From: a virus
Length of the DNA stretch: 64,000 nt
IMG/VR virus record: IMGVR_UViG_3300010370_000027
Reading direction: 5' to 3' (one strand)
Under the pieces are notes generated by a model, which saw nothing but the letters and a program-made list of their open reading frames with translations, did no database searches and was not told where the DNA came from. How positions within the stretch are numbered: the stretch's first letter is position 1; each line of letters begins with the position of its first letter. A program made the translations under genes and the position numbers. Shown piece by piece: positions 44,148-51,807 of the stretch.

Positions 44148-45560
44148 TCACACCTCGACAGGAGGTTTTCCAAAATCTTTCTTTAGCTCTCTCCACTTTG
44201 AGAGAATTGCCTTCTTTTGTTCATCTTCGGCTGCCACGTTGTGAACATCAGGAGAGTCTGATTCACCCGTGATTTCAAACTTACTTCTTGCCGTATTGAT
44301 CTTAATAGGGTAAACAAGACCGTCTCTACCAGCTCTGTTCTTGGCAATATAAAGACGTCCCCAGCCACCAGCTTTTTCGTGAGGTCTACGAGAAACCGAT
44401 ACGATCACGTCACAAATCATTGCTTTTCCGTAAGCTTCTGACATGTTCGTCATGTCAATAACTTCGCTGTTTGCACCATCCTTATTAGACTGCGATGCGG
44501 TCCAAATAGGAACTCCGAGCTCCATCGCCATTCCTCTTAGCTCTTCGTAGACAAGCTTGAGTTCGTGTCGAAGAGAATCAAATTGTCTCGAAGAACGCAT
44601 GATGTCTGCGTAGTCAATGATGACCATGTCAGGCTTAAATCCCTTTAGATCAAGTCTTTCGATGTGTGACCGCAGCGTATAGACTGAAGCTGTGTTTGTC
44701 GGATACTCCTTGATGAAGAGGCGACCGAGTTTATTTTCTTCGTAGAACTTCACAACCTCTTCCTTGCGATCCATCACCTCATTGGAATCTATGTCGCAGA
44801 GGTTAGAATCGTATCGGATACCCACAGCTGTTTCTGAGAGCTCAAAGGTGTAGTGAAGCACGTTCTTGCCTTCGCGAAGAGCGTTAGCACCGATCATTGT
44901 GAGCCAGTGAGACTTACCTGAACCAGAGGCACCGACAACACAGAGCAATTCACCTTTACCGCTACCGCCGTTGAGAATCTCTTTCTTGTCGAGCTCTGGA
45001 AGACGGGTTGGAATGGTGTCACGCTTCAGCTTAGTGAATCGCGCATCCATCTCGTTGAAGAAGTCGTGGCCTACAGAAGGTGCTGTTCCAACCTGGACTG
45101 CCTTCTTGATCGTCTCGACAATAGACTCGTACTTGTTGGCCTGCATCTGATCGACGGCAGATTCCAGTGCCTTCTTGAGAGCTTGCTTACGACAGAATTC
45201 TAAGGATTTTTCCTTAACGTACTGAAGGTCTCCTAGGTCTGGATTAGACTTCATCCGTTGAAGATAATCAATTATCTGATCTCTAAGGATGACGTCAGTA
45301 CCAGACTTTAGGTCGTCTTTGATAATAGTAACAAGCAGCTGAAGAGACGGATAGACTTTGTACTTCTTTGAATAAGAAAAGTAACGATCTGCGAGGAACT
45401 TTAGATAATTGACCTCAAAGTATGAGATGTCAATGACTTCCATCATCTGTTCAGCGAACTTGTTGTCAACTAAAAGAGCTTGACACAGCTTCTCCTGAAA
45501 TGACTTGCCGAACTGACCGAATGATACGCTGTTTAGTTTGCTTTCGTTATCTTGCATCAT
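44148..45560 (-). CDS. Replicative DnaB/gp41-like helicase
   Basis: GASGSGKS, FELSE, IKEYPT, IIDYAD, TASQ, KNRAG. Confidence 0.93.
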   Translation of the reverse strand: MMQDNESKLNSVSFGQFGKSFQEKLCQALLVDNKFAEQMMEVIDISYFEVNYLKFLADRYFSYSKKYKVYPSLQLLVTIIKDDLKSGTDVILRDQIIDYLQRMKSNPDLGDLQYVKEKSLEFCRKQALKKALESAVDQMQANKYESIVETIKKAVQVGTAPSVGHDFFNEMDARFTKLKRDTIPTRLPELDKKEILNGGSGKGELLCVVGASGSGKSHWLTMIGANALREGKNVLHYTFELSETAVGIRYDSNLCDIDSNEVMDRKEEVVKFYEENKLGRLFIKEYPTNTASVYTLRSHIERLDLKGFKPDMVIIDYADIMRSSRQFDSLRHELKLVYEELRGMAMELGVPIWTASQSNKDGANSEVIDMTNMSEAYGKAMICDVIVSVSRRPHEKAGGWGRLYIAKNRAGRDGLVYPIKINTARSKFEITGESDSPDVHNVAAEDEQKKAILSKWRELKKDFGKPPVEV

Positions 45561-46525
45561 TTATTCTCCGAAGCGAATCTCAATCCGTCGACACACGACA
45601 AATCATAAAAGAATCCTTCGTAATCAAAATCACTGATTCCTTCTTTAATTAGCAATTTGATAAGACCCATCTTATTTACTGAGGGTTCAAATGTATCTAC
45701 AACGTGTTCTACGCGCTTCATCTGATCACCCGACAACATACTGCCGTCTAAGTGGACAAGCTGCCAGTTTCTGTTGACAATGGCGGTCTCATCAACAACG
45801 CGCTTGTAGAGAACGCCCCGCTGTGTATGTGCGTAATTTATTAAGTCTTGCAACACGATTGTCTCTTCGCTTCCAAGCATTGGAAACTTCTTTGCTACGC
45901 TCTTAAAACCAAGACCTTGAATACCAGGTATGTTATCTGAATCATCACCACAAAGACACTTTGCGAGAGCAAAGTTGTGGGATCTTATCCTGAACTCTTC
46001 AAACAAGTCTTCATCTGTAATGAATTTCTTCTTATAGAGAGAATAGATCTTAGTCTTCGGTCCAAGAAGTTGATACATGTCTTTGTCTGCAGAAACTATG
46101 ACAATTTCTTTGTCTCTAAGTGGACCATTTGTCAAAAATGCTACGATGTCATCACCTTCACAATCAGACACATAGACTTGACAAACAGGTACGTTTTTCA
46201 GAGCATTGAGCAGTGTAATCAACTGATGCTGCTTGTTCTCTTCGGTGTCAGGAATGTCATCTCCGTAAAATCGGTTTAATTTTCCAGGTTTCCTATTGGC
46301 TTTATATTCTGGATATAATTTTCGTCTTCTCTGAGATCCTCCGCCCTCCCAAGTAATGTACACGCTTGTAGGATGAAACTCTCTACATAAGCGCTGCAAA
46401 GACTTAAGAAATCCTATGCATCCCCCCATCTGATAACCGTGAGATGACATCTGAGGGAATGCACTGTAAGAGCGAAGAAACATATTAAGTCCATCGATTA
46501 CAAAGACTGGACGTTCGTCTGACAT
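45557..46525 (-). CDS. Second 5'-3' exonuclease / flap endonuclease
   Basis: IDGLNMF, YKANR, EGDD, SADKD..QL, GDDSDNIPGIQGLG. Confidence 0.92.
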   Translation of the reverse strand: MSDERPVFVIDGLNMFLRSYSAFPQMSSHGYQMGGCIGFLKSLQRLCREFHPTSVYITWEGGGSQRRRKLYPEYKANRKPGKLNRFYGDDIPDTEENKQHQLITLLNALKNVPVCQVYVSDCEGDDIVAFLTNGPLRDKEIVIVSADKDMYQLLGPKTKIYSLYKKKFITDEDLFEEFRIRSHNFALAKCLCGDDSDNIPGIQGLGFKSVAKKFPMLGSEETIVLQDLINYAHTQRGVLYKRVVDETAIVNRNWQLVHLDGSMLSGDQMKRVEHVVDTFEPSVNKMGLIKLLIKEGISDFDYEGFFYDLSCVDGLRFASENK

Positions 46526-46531
46526 GCTGGA

Positions 46532-46561
46532 AATCTACTTTATGATTGCTTCACTTGTCAA
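46532..46561 (-). promoter_or_regulatory. Sigma70-like promoter, leaderless, for the exonuclease-helicase genes
   Basis: TTGACA-N18-TAGATT-N6-ATG. Confidence 0.72.
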
Positions 46562-46917
46562 ATCAAAGTAATACTAGCGTACCAGTATTTTCCCATGCCT
46601 TCGCCGATGTCAAAGCATGCTTCGATTCTCATCACTGAATCTCCGAACATTTTCGTCTTGAAGAGCTTGAAGTTATCAAAGCTTGCCACTGCTTTGTGAC
46701 ACGCAGAGTCAAATTCTTTGCTCTTAATGGGAGTATGGCCTTCGGAAAGAAGTAAGAGTTCGCACACTTTTTGAGATGCACTAACTCTATAGTCTTGTAT
46801 CTTTGCAGAACCAAACTTTGAAAAACAATTCTTAGTCAGTTCTTTTTTGCACGTCATTATAACCTCCAAGAGTCCTTCCGGACTCTCGGAGATATTCCAC
46901 GTTGTATCAAAGTCCAT
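46558..46917 (-). CDS. Hypothetical protein
   Basis: 1-nt overlap with the actin-like gene. Confidence 0.6.
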   Translation of the reverse strand: MDFDTTWNISESPEGLLEVIMTCKKELTKNCFSKFGSAKIQDYRVSASQKVCELLLLSEGHTPIKSKEFDSACHKAVASFDNFKLFKTKMFGDSVMRIEACFDIGEGMGKYWYASITLI

Positions 46918-47921
46918 TAGAGAATCTGAGATGCGATTAGGCAGCCGCGAGCGACTGCGTGAAGCGGATCAGAGGCATGCTTTACCTCTCTGACAGGGAG
47001 CGGGAAACCGTTCTCATTGAGCTTCTTCTCAAAGTGATTAACAAAACCCTTGGCTTTCGTGGTGCCACCAGCTACTACGACTGGGAGGGGGTCCTTAAAC
47101 TTTGGAAGAGATTTGTGACCATCCATTGCCGCTGCAAGCTGCTTCGTAGTGTAGTCAATAAGTCTATCGTAATACGACGAAACTGCAGCTAGGACTTGAT
47201 TGTCACACGGCTTTCCGATCGTGAAATCTCCTTGCTCCTTCTCAGATTGTACTACTGAGTCTGTCTCTCCAGTGGCAACAGCAGCCATGCGATCTACCCA
47301 GTCACCGGACTTGGTGGTGGAGAACTTGACGACAGGTTCACCGTTCAGCATGACACAAACGTTAACCATACCCGCGCCCCAAGACAGGGCAACACCGGTA
47401 TAGTCATCGTCCGCAAGCTCCGAGTAACATAGCGCTTCTGCTTCATTGATTGCCCGAGCTTCATAACCACATTCTTCGAGGACCTTCTTGACGACGTCCT
47501 CATGGTAGCCAACATCAAAATCATCGTCTTCCTGATCCACTGGTTGTGCAGGAACGCAGAAGACAAGTTTTTCGCCTCTCTTTGTTGCCTTTCCAGCGAC
47601 TTCCTTAAGTATATACGAGAGAACTCTTCTGGCGTCTTTCTCCTTTGTGGAGACTACTCCTCGATACATCGGACGCTTGGCAGAGTCATTTCGCTCTACA
47701 GCTTTTTCAATTGCGTCCTTGCCGAGAATGATGTATGACCCGTCTGTATCTTTTACGAAAACTTTTCCAGCGAGTCCCTTTTCAATCATCTTCGATGCGA
47801 TCGGAGTTGTGGGCTTGATCACATAGAAAGCATCTCTGAAATCCTTGTACTCAACAGTTCCTCCGTCACCCTCGGATGAGAGGACGATAAATGAGGTTCC
47901 AACGTCTAATCCTTTAGCCAT
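46917..47921 (-). CDS. Actin-like ATPase (MreB/MamK/ParM superfamily)
   Basis: Phosphate-1 GLDVGTS, RPM.RG, connect-1 INEAEA, phosphate-2 SWGAG, adenosine VAGGT, connect-2 DPLHAVARG. Confidence 0.88.
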   Translation of the reverse strand: MAKGLDVGTSFIVLSSEGDGGTVEYKDFRDAFYVIKPTTPIASKMIEKGLAGKVFVKDTDGSYIILGKDAIEKAVERNDSAKRPMYRGVVSTKEKDARRVLSYILKEVAGKATKRGEKLVFCVPAQPVDQEDDDFDVGYHEDVVKKVLEECGYEARAINEAEALCYSELADDDYTGVALSWGAGMVNVCVMLNGEPVVKFSTTKSGDWVDRMAAVATGETDSVVQSEKEQGDFTIGKPCDNQVLAAVSSYYDRLIDYTTKQLAAAMDGHKSLPKFKDPLPVVVAGGTTKAKGFVNHFEKKLNENGFPLPVREVKHASDPLHAVARGCLIASQIL

Positions 47922-47926
47922 GCTTA

Positions 47927-47933
47927 TAACTAT
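47927..47933 (-). promoter_or_regulatory. Putative late promoter ATAGTTA for the actin-like gene
   Basis: 5 nt upstream of ATG 47921. Confidence 0.55.
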
Positions 47934-48241
47934 CCTTTCATCTTCTTAAGCTGAGCAAGTTTATTCGCAGCTGACGATATGTCGTCTTTTGACTGCGATA
48001 CCGTCCCAAGCGGAGAACCTTTTGATTCTATGCCGTCTGTAGAAATATCAGTAACATACGTTGAATTATCTATGGAGATTTTCGCCTTTGCTTGACGCTT
48101 CTGGTCTCTGTTCACCTCAGTGACAAAAGAGGAAACAGAAGACTCAGTGTGTCCGGAAACTCTAAGCGAACGTCGAAGACTGTCCAAAGATCCGGCAATG
48201 TAGCCAAGGGAAAAAACAACAATGAGATAAAAGCTTTCCAT
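47930..48241 (-). CDS. Small N-terminally membrane-anchored protein
   Basis: FYLIVVFSLGYIAG; C-terminal amphipathic NKLAQLKK. Confidence 0.6.
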   Translation of the reverse strand: MESFYLIVVFSLGYIAGSLDSLRRSLRVSGHTESSVSSFVTEVNRDQKRQAKAKISIDNSTYVTDISTDGIESKGSPLGTVSQSKDDISSAANKLAQLKKMKG

Positions 48242-48666
48242 TATCGTCCCGTGCTTCCAAATCCGCCTTCTCCTCTTTCTGTAGGAGAGAAATGTTCTAC
48301 ATGCCGCATCTCTGCCTGAGCAAAAGGTAAAAAGACTAGTTGAGCAATTCTGTCACCCTTCTTTACTGTATAACGTAAAGAATTATGATTTATAAGAAGA
48401 ACTTTGATTTCTCCTCTATAGTCAGAATCAATTATGCCAGGGGAGTTGAGTACTGTCACTCCGTGCTTAAAAGCCAGACCTGATCGAGGGCAAACTTGGG
48501 CAACGTATCCATTTGGAATTTCTAGATGGAGGCCTGTGCTTACTGCGCTCCACTTTCCTGGTGGGATTGTAATTTCTTCACTTGCAATTAAGTCACACCC
48601 AGCAGACCCAGGGGTTGCGTACTGAGGTGGAGCTTGGTTCTTGTATCCTACTACGACATCACTCAT
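48241..48666 (-). CDS. dut: Trimeric dUTPase
   Basis: AGCDL, PRSGLA, GIIDSDYRGE, RIAQLV, RGEGGFGSTG. Confidence 0.97.
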   Translation of the reverse strand: MSDVVVGYKNQAPPQYATPGSAGCDLIASEEITIPPGKWSAVSTGLHLEIPNGYVAQVCPRSGLAFKHGVTVLNSPGIIDSDYRGEIKVLLINHNSLRYTVKKGDRIAQLVFLPFAQAEMRHVEHFSPTERGEGGFGSTGR

Positions 48667-49840
48667 CTGAAGTTATCTCCTCTTCAATGATCTGCTCAAT
48701 CTCACTTGGATTTATTGTCAAAGCAGCTTCAATCACAGCATTGACGTACTTCCTGTACTTCTCATCTCTCATTACGTCTCCGAAGTCTGCCTTGTAGAAC
48801 TTCTTGGTAATGAGAACTTCACCAGTCTTTTCAGAAGATACGACAAGTTCCTTCCAGGCTCCGTCTCCGGTAATGATTATCTTGTTGTCTTCGAAGACAA
48901 CACCGCCGTTCTCCTTGCAGTAAGTTCGAACTTCGTCGAAGATGTACTCGTGCTCCACGATGCCCTTACCGAAGATGATGTCGAACTCGCACTTCTTGAA
49001 AGGAGGAGCGACCTTGTTCTTCTTGATCGTGCAAATGACGTGAATACCGATGATGTTTCCGTCCTTGTCCTTCACAGGGTTGCCGCTGGATAGCGAGATT
49101 CTGACAGAAGCATGGAACGGAATGGCCTTACCGCCAGGTGTAGTGGTTGGATCACCATACATGACACCGATCTTGTCGCGGATCTGATTGATGCAAAGCA
49201 ACGTCACGTTGTTCTGACCGATCACGCCTGTAATCTTTCGCATACCCTTAGAGATGACACGAGCTTGCAGACCAATCGTGTTGTCCTCATACTCACCGTC
49301 GAGTTCAGCCTTGGGTGAAGTCGCTGCAACGGAGTCCCAGATGACAACGATTGGTACGTTCTTCTCGATTATTTGCTTTGCCTTGGTAATGGTCGATTCA
49401 ATAATCGAGAATACTTCTTCGGTCATGTGGGAGTCGCAGTAGACAAACCGCTTCTTAACGTCGATTCCCATGTCAGCGAGCTTCTGAACGGGCGTGGCAT
49501 TCTCAGTATCCACATAGACGACAAGGCCGCCCATCTTCTGGGCAACTGCAGCAGCATGATAGGCCAGGTGAGACTTTCCACTTGATGGTGGACCGCTAAT
49601 CTCAATGATTCGTCCCTCAGGATATCCGCCATCGACGGCATTTCTAATGGCGTAGTTCAGTTGAATGGAGCCTGTATCGATCCATCGCTTGACAATGGTT
49701 GGTGCATCCATTTCCGAGAGATTGTAAGCAACCCTCGTTCCGAACTCCTTGTTGATGGACGTGATGAGATCCTTCATCATGTCATCTACGTCGCTCTTCT
49801 TTGAAGAGGTTGTTTCTAATTCCTTGTCTTTCTTAGCCAT
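48659..49840 (-). CDS. recA: RecA/UvsX recombinase
   Basis: GRIIEISGPPSSGKS, DTENA, DSVAA, INQIR, GGKA..FHAS.R, KNKVAPPF. Confidence 0.95.
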   Translation of the reverse strand: MAKKDKELETTSSKKSDVDDMMKDLITSINKEFGTRVAYNLSEMDAPTIVKRWIDTGSIQLNYAIRNAVDGGYPEGRIIEISGPPSSGKSHLAYHAAAVAQKMGGLVVYVDTENATPVQKLADMGIDVKKRFVYCDSHMTEEVFSIIESTITKAKQIIEKNVPIVVIWDSVAATSPKAELDGEYEDNTIGLQARVISKGMRKITGVIGQNNVTLLCINQIRDKIGVMYGDPTTTPGGKAIPFHASVRISLSSGNPVKDKDGNIIGIHVICTIKKNKVAPPFKKCEFDIIFGKGIVEHEYIFDEVRTYCKENGGVVFEDNKIIITGDGAWKELVVSSEKTGEVLITKKFYKADFGDVMRDEKYRKYVNAVIEAALTINPSEIEQIIEEEITSDE

Positions 49841-49854
49841 TAATTTGTCTCCGT

Positions 49855-49890
49855 AAGAAGAAAGGGCACACACGACTGTGTGTGCCCTTC
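49855..49890 (-). terminator. Hairpin with U-rich tail between ssb and recA
   Basis: Minus strand aagggcacacac-agtc-gtgtgtgccctt-tcttctt. Confidence 0.7.
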
Positions 49891-49897
49891 ATAGTAA

Positions 49898-50731
49898 TCA
49901 CTCTTCACCGATTAGATCTGCGAATGCATCATCAAGAGACTGCTTCTTAGCTTCTGTCTTCTCCACCTTCTTTACAGGTTTCTTGTCGGATTGCTTCACT
50001 TCCGCGACGAGACTTTCAAGTTCATCAACAGGCTCGGAGCCGCGAGAGGATCCGCCGTCGGCCGAAGAATCTGCAGATCCTCCGCTCAGCCAATTGTTGA
50101 GGATGGTCTCAATTTCTTGGGTAGACTTGAGCCTGTACATGTCGTCGATGCTCGGAATGTTATCAAGCCACTTCTGGGATACAGACTGGTCAGAGTGGAG
50201 AGAAGTAGACTTGCGTGCAGGATCTACGGTAGTGTCATTAAACTGCTTGCCAGGCTGCTTCGAAATAGTGACCTTGAGATCGAAACCTTCGGTCGGAGAG
50301 AGGATATCACCAACCTCCTCGTCGAGGAAGAAGCCAAGCATGCGCTGGTAGACGAGCTTACCAAAGCTCCAGATTTGGACCCCCTTGTCTTCCTCGCCTC
50401 TAACAATAACGGGAGCATAGCATCGCATCTTCGGTGCTAACTTCTTGGCAAGAACCCTGTCCTCTGGCTTTCCACTGCTGTAAAGCTTGCGGATGAGATC
50501 GTCGATGGGATCGGGCTTGCCAAATTGCTTTGGTGTCAAAATTCCTGCATTTTCACCGATGTAGTAGAACCAGCGTTCTGCGAATGGCTGACCGTCCGGT
50601 GAGTTCTTCCAAGGGAGGCACCTTACCTTGTATTCGCCTACAGTCGGCTTCCACATCTGAACCGAAGATGTCTTCTTGACACCGCTGAGTTCTGCGACAC
50701 GACGCTTAATTGCCTCTAGATCAATAGCCAT
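49898..50731 (-). CDS. gp32-like single-stranded DNA-binding protein
   Basis: VRCLP, PF.ERWFYY, DPI, VRGEEDKGVQIWSFGK, acidic C-terminal LDDAFADL; next to recA. Confidence 0.82.
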   Translation of the reverse strand: MAIDLEAIKRRVAELSGVKKTSSVQMWKPTVGEYKVRCLPWKNSPDGQPFAERWFYYIGENAGILTPKQFGKPDPIDDLIRKLYSSGKPEDRVLAKKLAPKMRCYAPVIVRGEEDKGVQIWSFGKLVYQRMLGFFLDEEVGDILSPTEGFDLKVTISKQPGKQFNDTTVDPARKSTSLHSDQSVSQKWLDNIPSIDDMYRLKSTQEIETILNNWLSGGSADSSADGGSSRGSEPVDELESLVAEVKQSDKKPVKKVEKTEAKKQSLDDAFADLIGEE

Positions 50732-50819
50732 TTTTACCTACTTTCCTTTTCCGTTTCCTATTGTTATTTGTAGACGGTATACCGCACCGCGCGGGAGTAC
50801 CGTCGTTGTTTGAGTCCTT

Positions 50820-50849
50820 AACTTAACACATGGAGTCAAGACTGTTCAA
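50820..50849 (-). promoter_or_regulatory. Sigma70-like promoter for ssb
   Basis: TTGAAC-N18-TAAGTT. Confidence 0.55.
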
Positions 50850-50869
50850 TTGTTGTGTCCCGACAGAGA

Positions 50870-51163
50870 TCACTTCCAACGCACGTAATTCTTTTTCGTT
50901 TTCTTGAGCTTCTGACCAGGCCTGGTGGGATTTGAGCCCACGTCAGCTGAAGAAGCACCTAACGGCGCTGTATAACCTGCAATGTTGGCGACAACACTCA
51001 TTTCGTCCATCTCTTCCGTCTCCTCTTCCGAATCCTTGTTCGCATCGTCTTTTTTGTCTTTTTGCTTCTTTGGTGATCCTTTAGATACCAACTGATTGGG
51101 TACACGATAATCGACAACCTCGGAGAGGACTGCCTCTATGTACTGTCTCAGTAAAGCGCTCAT
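50870..51163 (-). CDS. Small protein with shared leader
   Basis: MSALLRQYIEAVLSE; MDEMSVVANIAGY; ATACTTA 5 nt upstream. Confidence 0.7.
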   Translation of the reverse strand: MSALLRQYIEAVLSEVVDYRVPNQLVSKGSPKKQKDKKDDANKDSEEETEEMDEMSVVANIAGYTAPLGASSADVGSNPTRPGQKLKKTKKNYVRWK

Positions 51164-51168
51164 GCGAA

Positions 51169-51175
51169 TAAGTAT
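51169..51175 (-). promoter_or_regulatory. Putative late promoter ATACTTA
   Basis: 5 nt upstream of ATG 51163. Confidence 0.6.
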
Positions 51176-51182
51176 TCAGAAG

Positions 51183-51770
51183 CTACAGATTCTTTTCCTG
51201 CTTGCAGGAAATATAGTCAGCAAGATGAACAATGTCAGCAAGCAGAGGTTCTTTCATCTTATAGGGAGCGTTCTCCTCGGCATACTGCCCATCATTAAGC
51301 TTGATAGCAAGCCATTCATCCTGTGTAAGTCTAAGACCAAACTGCTGACACAACCACACACCTCTATCTGGTACCGTCATGTAGAGAATTTCTTTGTTGT
51401 GCTTATACATCTCACCAAGCTTTTCTCTGTGCCAGTCTGAATCTTGTGGAACGTAATAGTCTTTTTCGTGATCGCCTACCTTGCCCAAATCATGAAGCAG
51501 ACAGCCAATAATGAGTGAATCCTTAGGAACTTCCCAGTTAAAAGTCTTGCAAAGCTTCAGCGCATTACTAAGAAGTCTGAGAGAGTGATCGACCAAACCG
51601 CCTGGGAATGCAGCATGGTATTCCTTTCTAGAGGAGGCGGGACACATTGCAAGTCGTTCTCCTAGATGATCTACTAATGCAAGCGCAGGCTCAGACCTAT
51701 CACCAAGCTTCTCCATAAAGCTTCGAAACTTTTCAAAATTTTCTGCAATTTGTTCTGGGGTGAGTTCCAT
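51183..51770 (-). CDS. HD-domain phosphohydrolase (YhaM-like)
   Basis: PAS...YH.A.PGGLVDHS, LLHDLGK, HLAD; start MELTPEQ. Confidence 0.85.
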   Translation of the reverse strand: MELTPEQIAENFEKFRSFMEKLGDRSEPALALVDHLGERLAMCPASSRKEYHAAFPGGLVDHSLRLLSNALKLCKTFNWEVPKDSLIIGCLLHDLGKVGDHEKDYYVPQDSDWHREKLGEMYKHNKEILYMTVPDRGVWLCQQFGLRLTQDEWLAIKLNDGQYAEENAPYKMKEPLLADIVHLADYISCKQEKNL

Positions 51771-51777
51771 GCTGGTA

Positions 51778-51807
51778 ATGATAATCAAGTAGAAGAAAGT
51801 TGTTCAA
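51778..51807 (-). promoter_or_regulatory. Sigma70-like promoter, leaderless, for the HD gene
   Basis: TTGAAC-N18-TATCAT-N7-ATG. Confidence 0.62.

Noticed and set aside
21050-49840. Inteins or introns in dnaE, nrdJ, helicase and recA
   Set aside because: Lengths are normal, motifs are continuous, and no C...HN splice junctions or LAGLIDADG motifs are visible; the charged insert in the DnaE PHP domain is only about 45 aa
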